Shown here one piece after another: positions 1 to 13,154 of a stretch of DNA of 64,000 bases. The notes below the pieces were generated by a model. The model was not told the DNA's origin and ran no database searches. It was given only the letters and a program-made list of their open reading frames with translations. Position 1 is the stretch's first letter; each line of letters begins with the position of its first letter. The DNA is from Fistulifera solaris (taxonomy: Eukaryota): the NCBI GenBank assembly GCA_030295235.1, contig AP026150.1:62001-126000 (forward strand), read 5' to 3'. A program made the position numbers and the translations under genes.

Positions 1-3000
1 ATAAAATGCCTGGTGTACACAAGGTGGGCGGGTGTACTCGTAGTACATGCCGGGCTCAACTTCGACCAGACGGGGAAGTTCAATGCTGCATTCCTGGCCA
101 TCACATGGCAAGTCCTCGTCCAAGAACACGATCGTTGAGTAGTCACAGGATTCCCCGTCTGTACTATTGCAAAGCTTCGAAAGCAACTGTGACGACCGCG
201 AAAGTACTAGCCTGTTTATGGCATGGTCTCTGTGCCACTTCGGTGGGTCCTCCAAAAGTCGTGGCTCCGGGTTGTTTCCTAGAAATCGATAGGTGGCTCC
301 TTTGCGCAAAAAGTGCTTCTCAGGAAGATCCGCGCACAGCGGGACATGGTCACCAATATACGTTTGATTTAATCCCATCTGTTGATACAGTGATGGTTAG
401 CTCTGACAAAGCTCCATCGATTAATGCAAGGACGGAGCGCCAAACTTACTTTAGGGAACGCATCTTTCATTCTGGCCTTTATTCTCATCGGATCAATTTG
501 ATTTTTAGCGTCGTTATCTTCGATATTCCCTCGTTTTTCCTGGCGACTCAGTCCTGTCCATAAACGCGCCAGTTCAGAGACATCCTCGTTGTTATAAGTC
601 TTGATTGAATTTCCAGCAGCATCTAGTGCAAGAGAGCCATCAGGATGCAATTGCTCCAACCCTAAACAAAACAACTGCATTATTTCTCGAGAAAAATTCT
701 CATTGGCATACTCCACACGACGTAGTCTTCTCCACGAAAATGCCGTGGAATGACCGTTATGGTATGATAACATCTCAGCCATCACAGGACTGAAGGAGAC
801 TTCCTTCAACACATTTCGATAGTTTCCAAATGCATGACGCACGAATATGTCATAATAGTGCTGAGAAATGGAAGAGAAAAAGGTTGTCAGTGGAGGATCT
901 TTTAAACACCATGAGCATTCATAAGACAGACGACAAGATTTAGTCTGTCATCACGGTAACTTACAACAAAAACTTCGGTCTCGAACCAAATTTCTATTGC
1001 CGAAGGAGATACAACCAAGATTTGAGAAAGAATCCAGGCCACTTTTTGCCGCAACTGGTCTTGAGCGGTGAGTGCGATGTCTAACCATATGCTGCTCCGC
1101 TGCTGCTCAAGATCAAGGGTGGACGTTGTACGATTTCCTGGTGTTACCGCATCAAAAGCTCCGCGAAATAAAGCGCCTTGTTTATCATTGGAAACTTCAT
1201 TCGGACTACCGCAGATCAAACTCGAACCAACGTTATCAGCACCATCATCGCCAAATAGATCTTCAAATGCATCTTGCAACTCGATGGATTCGTGGACTGC
1301 AACGGTATCTCCCAATCTACCTAGTTCAATTACACCCCTTTCGATGCTTTCGTACCAAAGAGACATTTTATGGGTTTCAGGAAAGGACAAGGTAAAGTTT
1401 CTATCCACCGCAAATTGCCGAATTACAGCATCACCACCTGGATGACGTCCCACATATTCCGTGAAATCGTACACCTGATAATTTGACCGGTGCGTCTGCT
1501 CCCAGCACGCTCCATTTTCCGTGCGAATGTACAATAGGTCTGAAGCGTCCTGCTCACAGTGAAAAGCCATCACGGGGACAACAATATCCCGAAGAAAAGC
1601 ATGCGAATCCGTGGAAGACTCTATTAATTGCCGTAGATAAGCTTTGGTTTTGCTTTCTTTTGAATTAGTTTTGTCACACTCCATCGAATCGGCGAGGACC
1701 CATCGAGAATGAGCACCTGGTGAACACGGCGCCGTCTCAGAATCTTCGAGTCGCAACCCTGTCATGGAAAACAACAACCGTTCCTTTCCACTGGCGCGAT
1801 AAGCTTTACCGAAAATAGATCCATCCAAACGAATGCGCTTGCTCGTGGGACGTTCCGACGCACAATCGGTACTACTCATAGACACGCGACAATTCGCTTC
1901 ATTCAGAAAATTCGGCAGTGCTGCAACACACAATGCCCGGTATTGCAGATCGGTCGCATTTCTAGTCAATTGCACAAGATGACTACCACCGTCTTCCAAT
2001 GGATGTTCCACTGTATTCTCTTGCAAGAGAAATCGTCCGTCATGAATGTAATATTCTCCCTTATACATGCCCACCACAGTCCGCAACGAGTACAAGTCCA
2101 CTTTTGATAGTTCGATGCAGGAATCGGTATGCGTAATATTTTGAACGAGCATGAGTTCCTGTGGAGTATGCCACGAAAAATACAGATTATCGTATTCCAC
2201 CGCCACGCCCCCGTCCAGCGACACGACGGGTAAATCGGGTAGCGTTTGCGCGTCAAAATACACGGGTGGGACACCACGGGCTTCACCATTGACATAGACG
2301 TGAAGACATCGTCGCTCGAAAACAATGCGAAAATCGGACCCAATACCATTGGTAATATGCCGACACAATTGGTATCTGAAAGACACAATGTTAGAGCATT
2401 AAAAGCCGACCACGTCTCGCCTCGCTGACTTACAATCCATCGGGAATGGGAACATGCTCTTCGGTATCAGGATGAACGACGGTGAAATTTGTCACATTCG
2501 GAATTAAGGTTCGCTTCTGTCCATGAATTCGTATTAATCTTTGATCCTCCTTTACACTCGAAATTTCCAGAATAGCATGCCGATCGGCATCCGTCCAAGC
2601 GTATTTCCGATACCGCGTTAGTTCTTGACACGGATGGGTCGGTATTACTTGTGTCGTGGAGTGCAGTAACCGATGATTCCAATGCTTCCGAAAATGTGCG
2701 CGATGCGATGTGGCGGGTTCGTGCAATTGCTGTTGCAACCACGTGACAGGATGGGTAAAGTCCCATATATCGGATCGTGTGACACCAAACGTGGCTTGTT
2801 CCAAGAATCGTGCCGCCTCTCGATCGTGATCTGTGCCTTCGACCGCATGTGTCATGAGTGCATACTGATAATTTCCGTACTTTTGTGATAATCCGCGTGG
2901 TAATGATACAAGGCATGTGTTGTTGTCGAAACACTCGATGGAAATACGCAATCGAGACGATTGTTGTTCAACAGTCCCGTACAACTCCCAATCATTACCA

Positions 3001-3263
3001 TCGTAACTGCGGACCAAAGGTACTTTGCGTCCCTCCGAAATCAACCAGAGCGCGCACCAGGTCTGATATTGGGTGGTTTTGGACAAGAGGAAACGATCCT
3101 TCGAGTCACTTGTTGTTTTGTTGAAGAATTGAATGGAACTCGAAGCCGGACATACGATTGGATCCTCGGATCGACACCAGGAATTTGTGAAAAGGAAAAC
3201 GAAGAATAGGAACAAAGAACAAGTACATCGTCTGTGAAAAGATTGAGCGTTTGAGGAAAGCAT
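1..3263 (-). CDS. Large DUF1800-family protein with an internal cytochrome b5-like domain; multi-exon, 3' end beyond the window start
   Basis: DUF1800-type motifs: AARFLEQATFG, DQLRQKVAWILSQILVVS, HAFGNYRNVLKEVSFSPVMAEMLSY, NENFSREIMQLFCLGL. b5-like VYDFTEYVGRHPGG. GT-AG introns at about 2376-2433, 862-964 and 380-450 join ORFs 2430-3296, 902-2386 and 369-842 in frame. Hydrophobic N-terminus. Confidence 0.8.
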
Positions 3264-4168
3264 AATGCGAGAGAGTAAGAAGAGAAAGGGCAACACTAAT
3301 TTACCTTTTGTTGTTGTAGTACGTCATGATACCTCTTTCATAGAATCAAGCGAATGAATGATAAATGTTGAAAAGCGACGGCTCTAGGGAGGAAAGTTAT
3401 CGCAAATAGATTTTTTTAGCACTGTTGCCGTCAGAAATAAAGGAATGATTGGCTGAATGTGTCCGTCTTTTGGAAGAAATACTCGGTGGGAGAGATAACC
3501 ACAGCGAGAGAACGTCGATAATCACCACAACTCAAACAATCAACAACAGGTCTTTTTCGTTCGCACTGGTTGTTTTCCTCCTTCAGTCTACAGTATCGGG
3601 CCTTTCCGATGTACAAGGTACTAGGTACTACTCCAAATTTCTTTGTTACTTTGACGGAAAAGAGAAAGACATTTGGTTGCTATACCCTCAACCAGAATCG
3701 CGTGTAACGTGTATGCCGATGATGTCTCGCGTCGGCAATTTTGTCGGAGCTTCGAACAAAGGCCACCAAAAATTTGAATCGGCGCAGCGGTACTCAATAT
3801 ATAAGGGCAGCTTTACGATGGGTCAGGTTGTTCTTCCCATTATACTACGATTGATTTTCAGTCCTGAGTTCATGTCTTCGTTCTCGCTCTTGTCCGTTGA
3901 AAGCGAGTGACAGTGAGCTTATGGGATCTAATTGACGATCTGTTCTATGTCTTGAAGCCACAACGGAAAAATTTGAATGCACATTCTCAACGACATAACG
4001 ATGAAACGACCACAAAAGGACAACGACATCATCATCATCATCATCATCATTTGTTCTTCATCCCTTGCTTCATCTCTCCCCAAAAGATTAATTCAAATAC
4101 TTTCGAGTCCGTTGAACAGTCGTGAGGATACAAAGTAGACAACAATCGAACAAAGAAAGATCTCGCAA

Positions 4169-5000
4169 CATGTCGTCATCGAACGACGCAAAAGTCCTTT
4201 CACCCGTTTCTTTGTATTTCATTCTAGGGAGTGCTTATAGTGCCTACCTGTACCATGGCCTGGAGTTTCTTTCGTACGAATACTGGTTGCCTTTACCTGC
4301 TTTTGGCTATTTGCGATGGGATTTGGCTGTAATGGGTGCTTTGTTTCAAATAGGACTGATGCATCGTTTGTTACTAGTGCTGATGTATCGAAAAGGACAA
4401 TCTCTTTCCTGATTCTTTCTCTATTGACAATATGCTACTACGTCTTACCAAGACCACCGAATTTTTATACACGATCACCGATTTTATTTCATTATACGGA
4501 TCATCTGGATTCGAAACCATTTCATCAAAATATTACGATTCACAATACCGGATGGACTCGAAAGCAAAGCCACGCCGTGGCAGAAACGATTTATAGGGCA
4601 CGTCGCAATTGGACGCACGTCACGACAGCGTACGCTTTCGCGCATCATTATTATGGGAGTTGCTTGCAATACGATCACAAATACGATGAAACGCGTTACT
4701 TTTGTATATTACCAAAAAGGCACAATCGTGCCTACTTTGTATGTTGCCACTGTCTCTCATTATTTCGTCTTGATTGACTCATGCACATAGCCCCACTCCT
4801 GCAATGAAGCCGCTTTTTCGTTATTGCAATGTATGGAAGAAACACCTTGTGTAGTAGAAGAAAAACGCACCGTCTACGATTGTTTACAAGATCCGTACGA
4901 ATCCGATCCTTGTCGCGCCTTTCGGAATGCGTATACGATGTGCAAACATTCGCGAATTGAATATGCGCGGACGCGCATTCGTGGGGTGCGGACGTATTGA
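4169..5000 (+). CDS. Membrane protein with a C-terminal Pet191/COA5-like Cys-rich domain
   Basis: Hydrophobic N-terminal ORFs (4122-4412 and 4316-4777, one frameshift). Phase-0 intron GTATGT...CATAG at 4739-4790. Last exon 4791-5000 reads PHSCNEAAFSLLQCMEETPCVVEEKRTVYDCLQD...CRAFRNAYTMCKHS...RTRIRG, the Pet191 Cys pattern. Confidence 0.6.
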
Positions 5001-5166
5001 AGACTAGGATAATGTAGTAATATTAAGAATTAAGTCATACGGAGTATGAATTAAGAAGAAGAGTCGTAAAATGGGAGTACAAACGAAAACTGAAATGTTG
5101 GTGGAAATGCTGCTCTACTGCTTCTTCTTACAAGTTTATAATAATAATATTAATAATAATACTTAG

Positions 5167-5608
<442 letters not shown>

Positions 5609-5610
5609 TT

Positions 5611-6795
5611 TTATACAATTTCCAAACTCCCCGATCGGGAACTCGGTGCTTTTCTTCGATTCCGTGAATGACTTCGTTCACTGTGTGGTGGTGGTGGTGG
5701 TGATGGTGATCGAGATGTTGGACTGTTCAATGTTTGCATCTCGACATCCTCCTCGTCTCCCAAAAATGAAGAAGAGGAGATTCGTTGCTGTTCGTCCTCT
5801 TCGACATAGACTGTTTGCATTCCAGGATCCCATTCGTATCCCAATACGACGTGCCGTAGACCAGCCGGAAATTCCATAGCATGAAAGGGTGACCATCTGG
5901 CTTTATTGCCCAACACTTCATTGAATGGTACTTCGTGACGATGCCATTCGGTACCGTGTTGTCCAACTTTCATTTGCATGCGAGCAATTTTGTTGTGTCC
6001 TGTTTGTACCGCTTCGAGTTGTTCGTAGCCCATGGCGGAGGTGAAGATTAAAAACAAACAACTAATGCCGGCCAAAATCAAAATGAGAGGATGACTGTGG
6101 TCGTGTAAGGATGATGATGATGATGATGACGATGACGACGGAGCCGTGCTTTCGTGACACGGTGGTGCTTCCGAAGATCGCTCCTCATCCACCTCGGGAC
6201 ACCACCATGCGGCGGCTTCTGTAGGTCCATAAAATTTCAAGCCGAGCAATAACAAGACTTGCATACAACAGAGGGCTGTATAGAGCAAAAAGAGAACAAA
6301 GAATTTATGATTTCCAATGCCGACAGCATTGTTGATCCACGGACAAAAATGATCCAATTTGACAATACATCGTCCCGTTTGACTGTCATGATGCGCTCGA
6401 GATGGTTTGAAATTGTCATGGCATTTCGGACATCTACGGATCGTTCGTTTTGTCGTTGTCGTAGTAGTTGTAGTATTAGTACTATTACTGTCAACGGAAC
6501 GTACGGTGGTCAAGGGACGGGCTCCGAGCGGAACGGCTCCTGGATCCGTCATGGTCGCTTGATACAACGATACGAGTGCGAGAATTGTCGTGGGACAATA
6601 GAGGACCCAAAAACAAGTCATAGCAACGGCAGATTGGGAAATGAGATACAAAAAGGTGACGAGTAATGAATATATATGAATACTAACAGACACGGTCAAG
6701 CCCAACAAACCACCGACATTCCAAGAACACCAACGTTGGGCAGTAAAGGAAGTTCCGTAACGTTTCCCGCACACGGAAATCTCATGGCGGGGCAT
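5611..6795 (-). CDS. DHHC-family palmitoyltransferase (DHFC variant)
   Basis: TDPG motif, CPKC-x4-KPSRAHHDSQTGRCIVKLDHFCPWINNAVGIGNHKFFVLFL, about four TM helices. Confidence 0.9.
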   Translation of the reverse strand: MPRHEISVCGKRYGTSFTAQRWCSWNVGGLLGLTVSVSIHIYSLLVTFLYLISQSAVAMTCFWVLYCPTTILALVSLYQATMTDPGAVPLGARPLTTVRSVDSNSTNTTTTTTTTKRTIRRCPKCHDNFKPSRAHHDSQTGRCIVKLDHFCPWINNAVGIGNHKFFVLFLLYTALCCMQVLLLLGLKFYGPTEAAAWWCPEVDEERSSEAPPCHESTAPSSSSSSSSSSLHDHSHPLILILAGISCLFLIFTSAMGYEQLEAVQTGHNKIARMQMKVGQHGTEWHRHEVPFNEVLGNKARWSPFHAMEFPAGLRHVVLGYEWDPGMQTVYVEEDEQQRISSSSFLGDEEDVEMQTLNSPTSRSPSPPPPPHSERSHSRNRRKAPSSRSGSLEIV

Positions 6796-7293
6796 CCTTG
6801 TGTGTGAATGGTTATTGTTACTGTTATTGTTATTGTTGCTGTATTCTACTGATAGAGAAAGAAAGACGATGCGAGATGCGTTGTTGATTGCAAATAGAGG
6901 CAATCAATCAAACAGAGGCTCATAGCTCATAGTGTACCAGTACGAGGTAGCGGATACCGGTACCGGGTTACGGAGTATTCGTTATTCATTCCTTTGTATA
7001 GGGAACTTTTCCTCCACGATCCAAAGCGACTGTGACGTAGAGTTGTTGGGTACGTGAGAGTATCCGAGTGTTACTCATCGTGAAACCACCGCTTCAAAAC
7101 AAGACTTTGTCGCAACACGACTTCAGGAGATGCTCTGTAGAAAAACGAAAACCGCAGCCGCAGCCACCGCCCAACAGAAAAGCTTCCTACCAGGTACTGA
7201 AGTAGGTATAGAGAGAGAATCTCTTCGATATTCCTTCCTTTCATTATTATTATTTTTTCATTCCTTTTCTTTCTACTATATACCAGGTGTATT

Positions 7294-7348
7294 CAAATCA
7301 AATCAAATCAAATCAAATCAAATCAAATCAAATCAAATCAAATCAAAT
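7294..7348. repeat. (AAATC)n pentanucleotide repeat just upstream of the ATG at 7356
   Basis: About 11 tandem CAAAT units. Confidence 0.9.
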
Positions 7349-7355
7349 AATAATA

Positions 7356-8780
7356 ATGAAATCACACAGTATCATCCAATGGCAAGAACTAGATCAAGTG
7401 GTGGAATCCTTGGAAGCGTTTGCCGGAGATACGGAAGCGGTCGAGCAGGTCGTTCAAAGGGTCGTCATTCACGAAGATGATGAAAATTATGATGATCATG
7501 ATGATGATGATGATGATGAGAATGATAATGATAATGAGGAGGAGGAGGAGGAGGATAAAACGAAAGAGATAAAAGAGAAGGAGAAGAAGAAGAAGGAAAA
7601 GGAAAAGAAAAAGGAAGAAGAAAAACACGAAAAAGAATACGACAGACACGAAGCAGAAGAACGAGAAATCATCAAAGAGTCGTAGATCCTTACAACCCAC
7701 TACTACTTTGAATGCAGCACTGTACGAACACATCCCCCCTCGGCATGGCGGGAGCGCACATGTTGGTGACATTTGGTGTTCTACAACCCCTACCGGAAAC
7801 TGTAGACAAAGCCTTGCAATTAACCCGACACGCTTTAACACAAGTCTTGCAACAAGCCACACAATTGCATCAACAACGTCAAACATCGTTTCGTCAAGCC
7901 CGTCAAACGATACGTTCCGATATTTATAAGTCGCGTCAAATACCGCATTCCCTGGAAACGTATTCGTCCGAATATCAATATCGTGTCTTGCTCAAACATG
8001 ATGCGGCGGCCAAAACGACAACCTGGTTGGATTTGGAAGATTTGCAAGCCTTGTTTCCCGAACAAATATACGCGTATTTGCAGTGGAATCAACGATTACT
8101 CGAATATCAACGCAACAAAGAAGACAACAATGATGATGATGATGTCGATGACGAAGAAGAAGAAGAAGAAGAAGACAACGACGATAAAGACAACAGGATC
8201 ACTCAGCCCGCCACGGGAGGACATTTAATGGAGCGAGCGGCGCATTTCGATCAACGTACGTGTCACATGAAAGAAGATTGGTATTTGCAATTTGCGCAAG
8301 TCATTCGGACGAAAGGATCCTTTTGCCCGCCCGCGATCCGGGATTTCACAGTACCCGCTTTTGGCATTGGATTCGTGTTCCTGCTATCCAAGAAGGGTCG
8401 TTCTGGTCACACGATGATTTCAAAGAACCGCATCCGATCGTTTCCAAGGCCATGGCCTTCTTGGCGTTTGATTTCTTGGGACGCATCATTGAACAAGCCA
8501 TTGTGTACAAAACGCATGATCATAATTGTACCGAATTGCCCCCGGATCAAACCTTGACACCAAACGATTTGTATACTGCGGTCCAACACCATCCCGAATT
8601 GCAGGAACTGACGGCGTCCTTTTTCAAACCACTACCAAGAAGAAACCCCCAAAGGCACCGCAATTGTATTTTGGTCCGGGTTTTGAAGTTCGCTTGGAAA
8701 TGGAGTTGGAAGAAATGTTGGCGAATAGTAAAGAAGAGGATGATACAAAGGAGGAACCACGAAAACGACAGCGGCTTTAA
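7356..8780 (+). CDS. Hypothetical acidic nuclear protein, possible C-terminal histone-fold (Spt3/TAF-like)
   Basis: ORFs 7287-7685, 7712-8557, 8260- and 8526-8780 chain through frameshifts or an intron. Segment VSKAMAFLAFDFLGRIIEQAI...LTPNDLYTAV resembles a histone fold. C-terminal PRKRQRL is NLS-like. Confidence 0.5.
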
Positions 8781-8808
8781 TTCAAATCTCTTTTTACTTA
8801 TAATTATG

Positions 8809-10691
8809 TTAATAACTCGGACTGCTCACAAAACGTTCTTCGTCGCCATCCAAAACTTCTTCTCCATCATCGTGACCTACTTTTTCGTAACGCGCCAAAC
8901 TGCTGCTACGACTGACATCCTTCCCTTCCCGTTTGGGATAAGCCAAGGCGTAAAGCAGATCCAGATGCTTGGACGATTGTTGCGACAATTGACCCGGAGG
9001 AGGCAACGATGCCATGACACTTTCGCGCGTGCGACGCTGAAGCGTCTTGGTCACCAGTCCGGTTTGACCGTCCGTGACACGAACATCACCGTCAGTACTG
9101 CCAATGGAGCGATCGTCGCTGTTGGCATCGTCTGTGGAACTTCCACTGGCGCGACCGCGGACGGCGCGGAGGAGACGGCGGTTCCATTTGTTGGTCACTT
9201 TCATGGAGATCATCGATCGTCCCAAACGGAACTGCACCGGTTGAGATGGAGAAAGCTCCAAGGGTCGTCTTAAATATAAGTAGGATCCATTGGATGACCC
9301 GGCGTCGGTGAAAATGAATTCCCCATTTTTGAAACGAATTGCGGCGTGGCGGGCCGAAACTGTACGATAGTCCAGGACCATATCCGAGCCACTGGACCGT
9401 CCCAACAAAAGAGGACGTGTGGCATTTCTGCCATCCGGCTTCATGAGTGTGCTGAAGGAAAGCTGAAACCTTGTGTTGAAAAGACGTTGAGCCATTTCGT
9501 GTTTCGTAGCCACCAACAAGGAGATGTACGGAGGCTCCAAAGAAGACTTGAAGAGTTTGACTTGGCGACCATCCTTCAACTTGAAATCCGATTTGAACGA
9601 ACTCTTGCATACCGAGCAAGTGGCATCCACGGATGAGAGAAAGCAAATCTGATTGTCTGCTTCTGCCGTGTGCCATTTGCGAAGGCACTCAACGTGCACG
9701 TATTTTGTATCACCACTGCACTTGCAGGGAGTAATCATGGGGTTCTCGTCCGTATCTTCTTCGTCGAAACACATGTAGCAAACCGGATTTTCACCCAAAT
9801 CTCCCTTGCTACTATTATTGGGGAGTTTTCCGTGTGGATTCGTTTCGCCGTCCGAAGAATCATCGGAGTTTTCTGTAAAACAAAAAAATGTGTTTGAGCA
9901 TGCCATTCACTTGATCTGCCTCTTATATTTCATTCCAGCTAACGTACCTCCATCCGTTTCGGCCAAATCCAAAAATCCATTCGAATTGGTCGTATCCTTC
10001 ATAATCTTTTGTATCTTTTCTTCACTCAAGACCTTGTTTTCCAGACCATCGTGCGTTTCAATGACAACCACACCGACCGACCCGACCCGCAAAAAGTCCC
10101 CTACTTGCAAGGTATGCGAGGCGGGCGGATGTTTGCGATCCCCCAACAGACGGCACGTTCCGGAATGTCGCGAGAACGCTTCAGGCGCCGGCACGACCCA
10201 AAAGGACTTGCCGTGCGTCGTGACGAGCAATTGACACGCGCGGGTATCCGACAATTCGTAACGTTGCAACTTGCGACCGACGTACTGGGCGTATTCTGTC
10301 CCCAAATCGACGCCGCTGCGATTGCGGTTGCTGCCCTGAATAATGACTCCTTCGGGTTTGATGGTGAAGGACGTGAACTTCTTTTGCCGCCGGCTTGACT
10401 GTTGTTACAGGGATAGACCTTGACTTCGACTTGTGTATCGAGACGCGAATTAATATCGGACGCCGGATTGATGCAACGTGCGGGTAATTCGGCTTCGCGC
10501 GTGCGGCCACGTTCCCAGTCTTCCACCAAATGCGGTGAAGCATCTTCATGTACAGCCGAAGACGGTGAACGCGGATTCAATTCGATGGGTGACGGAGAAA
10601 TTGTATCGGGACGGTGATGATTATTGCTTTCCATCGGAGGAGATGCACGAAGTAACGAAATATCTCGATTGCTGTTGTTGGCTTCGTCCAT
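8809..10691 (-). CDS. RING-variant (C4HC3) + FHA domain E3 ubiquitin ligase
   Basis: CYMC...PCKCSG..YVHVECLRKW...CSVCK (RINGv). LLGRSSGSD...VSARHAAI...DAGSSNGSYL (FHA). Upstream degenerate FHA-like LQVGDFLRVGS. Intron at about 9875-9945 and one frameshift near 10310. Confidence 0.85.
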
Positions 10692-11881
10692 GATGAGTGA
10701 TTGAATGATTGATTGATTGCGAATGAATAAGAATGAATTAGAATAATAAACGATTGCTGTTGTAGTGAAAGTACGTTCGATTACTTCGAACTGTCGATTG
10801 CTACGTTTTCCGAAAAGAGAATGACAAAGAAAACGATGCCTGCAAAAGAGATTAAAACAGGCACAGATGAGAAGAGCCTCATCAACTCGAACAATCTAGC
10901 GAACGAAACGAGCGTATACAAGTACATCGTTAACAATTTCTCTTTCCCTCTCTTTTGTCGCACATCGAATACACCGATTTATTACAATTAGAACGTACAA
11001 GTTTCACTTTGGAAATAAAAACAAGAAATCAAGTGATAACAAGAAAAGAATGATCAATACAACATTCCAAACGGAGTTGAAAAGCAGCAAAAGCTGTTGT
11101 TGTTGCCAGAGCAGCGAACAAAAAAAAACCGTCCCAGCAACGCTGCTTGCGTCGTCGGCCGGGCCAGTCTTTTTTTTTGCGGGGATGTCTCCTACTTGGA
11201 GGAAGAGAGTCACGGAGCCTTCGCGTCTCGAATATAACATTGGACTGTAAGACAGGTTCTATTTGACACCCAGAAAGGATTGAATTGACTTTTTTCTCTT
11301 TTCTCTTTGGACTGTATTTAGTACAAAGTAGGGCGGGCGGACAAGTCGTTCGTGATATTTAATTAATTTAACCGTTTTGTAATTATTTATTTATCATTAA
11401 GTCGCTCTACGACATCTTTGGTGTACGACATCACCCCGGCTTCCGAAATACGGCAACAGCCCAAGGAAAAACTGCCAAATTTCCCAAGAACCTAGTACAG
11501 TTTCGACGATAGTTATTATAGGAACACTTCAATGGGTGGTTTCTCCGCATTCTTCACTCGTGATTGAATATTGAATACTGCTCGCAAAGGATCCGCCGAA
11601 TCACGAAGTCGTCGCGTCATTCTAGGGAGCATCAAATAATCGAAAAAGCTCGGCCGAACGACATAACACATGTTATTATTATTATTATTATTATTATTCA
11701 ATTCATAGTAACGATGCTTGCAGTATTTTCATCTTTCAAGTCGAACGGACTTTGACGAAAATCATGATTTGATTCTTCCTTTTCACAAGCCACCGTAGAA
11801 ATGATTTCCATTCGATCGGGTGTCATCGAGAGAACATGCCTCTTTGGCCACAATCAAGGCGTCGTCTGCCAGTTGCAAATG

Positions 11882-12602
11882 TCAATCATCATCCAATTGC
11901 AGCTCCAGTGCCCCCGCCGTCACATTTTGATAATATTCTTTGCCCAATTGCAAACAGACGGCATACTCCAATGACAACGGAATCACGCCTACCGCCACAT
12001 GACCACACCGAAATCGCATCAGGACTACCATTTGTTGTTGCGCATCATAGTCGTTTACTGCTTTCTGCAGACAAGTCCGGACGGCGGTCAGTTCAAAATC
12101 ATCCCGACAAACTTCCGCATCGTATTCTCCCAAAGTCAAATAATGCAACAAGACGGAACGATTTCTTCCCGGAAGCGTCAAAGCCACCAAGGTCTGCGTA
12201 CTTTGGAGAAACAAAAACCGCGTCCCAAGGTTTGCATTTGATGAGCAGCGTAAGGCATGGCGTAAAGGCGAATCTGGTGCCACACGTGGTGGCGTGCGAG
12301 TACGGAATAATCATCAACGTCATCATCAACGTCGTTGTCGGGTGTTTTCCAGTGCCCATGAGTGTCAATGCGTTGATAGGCGGCACAATATTTCTTGTGT
12401 TTCTTTCTCCAATCCTGTATTTGACATTCTTTACTACAATAGATGGCTACGTGACATTGACTGCATTGTTTGGGTGTCGTCAATGGGGTATGACAATGAA
12501 AGCACGTGTTGTTGGAAGATATAATACGAATGGGGACACCGGCGTAACCCAATTCCAACGTTTGCAGCCATTCCGTGGATAGGGATGATGATGATGATTC
12601 GG

Positions 12603-12642
<40 letters not shown>

Positions 12643-12660
12643 CGTCGTCATTATTATTAT
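11882..12660 (-). CDS. zf-MYND domain protein
   Basis: CFHC...CSQCHVAIYCSKECQIQDWRKKHKKYC. Continues through a frameshift into ORF 11882-12283. Start uncertain because it lies in a microsatellite. Confidence 0.75.
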
Positions 12661-13154
12661 TTTGCAAAAGAAGAAAAAAAAATACTGAAGAGAATCAATT
12701 GAAATGATACTAGCTAGCTAGTACTTGTGGTAGTCGAATGATTCGAATTGTTGGAATAAAATGAATGGCGTTATCCATGCGCGACGGTCTGTTCTTGATC
12801 GGGTCATTCTGACGTCATCGTCGAACACAATAAACGCCACACAAAAAAAGTGAAACACTAAAAACTAAAATAATAATATGCATTCAGATAGGACAAAAGA
12901 TAAAGGATGATGATATCTTCATGAAGCGAGGAATAAAGAGTTAGCAAGTACGGAGTAGTTAGTACCTGGTACGCAATTCATTCGTTCCTTCGTTTCGCAA
13001 AATCGGCGTAGCAATCCCTTGTCTGAAGAAGAGAAGCGTGATATTTCACCGTTGCTACGGCTACAACTACAACTATTAGTCGCCTTCCTTTGATTCACCG
13101 ACCATTCTTTTTCCGACGAACCAAACGTACAACAAAATTCATTGAAAGTACAGC

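Noticed and set aside
7389..7886. Hydrophobic antisense ORFs (poly-F/L/I) here and at about 19810, 20706 and 15333
   Set aside because: They are reverse or shifted readings of GAA/GAT/CAA microsatellites within real genes or spacers.
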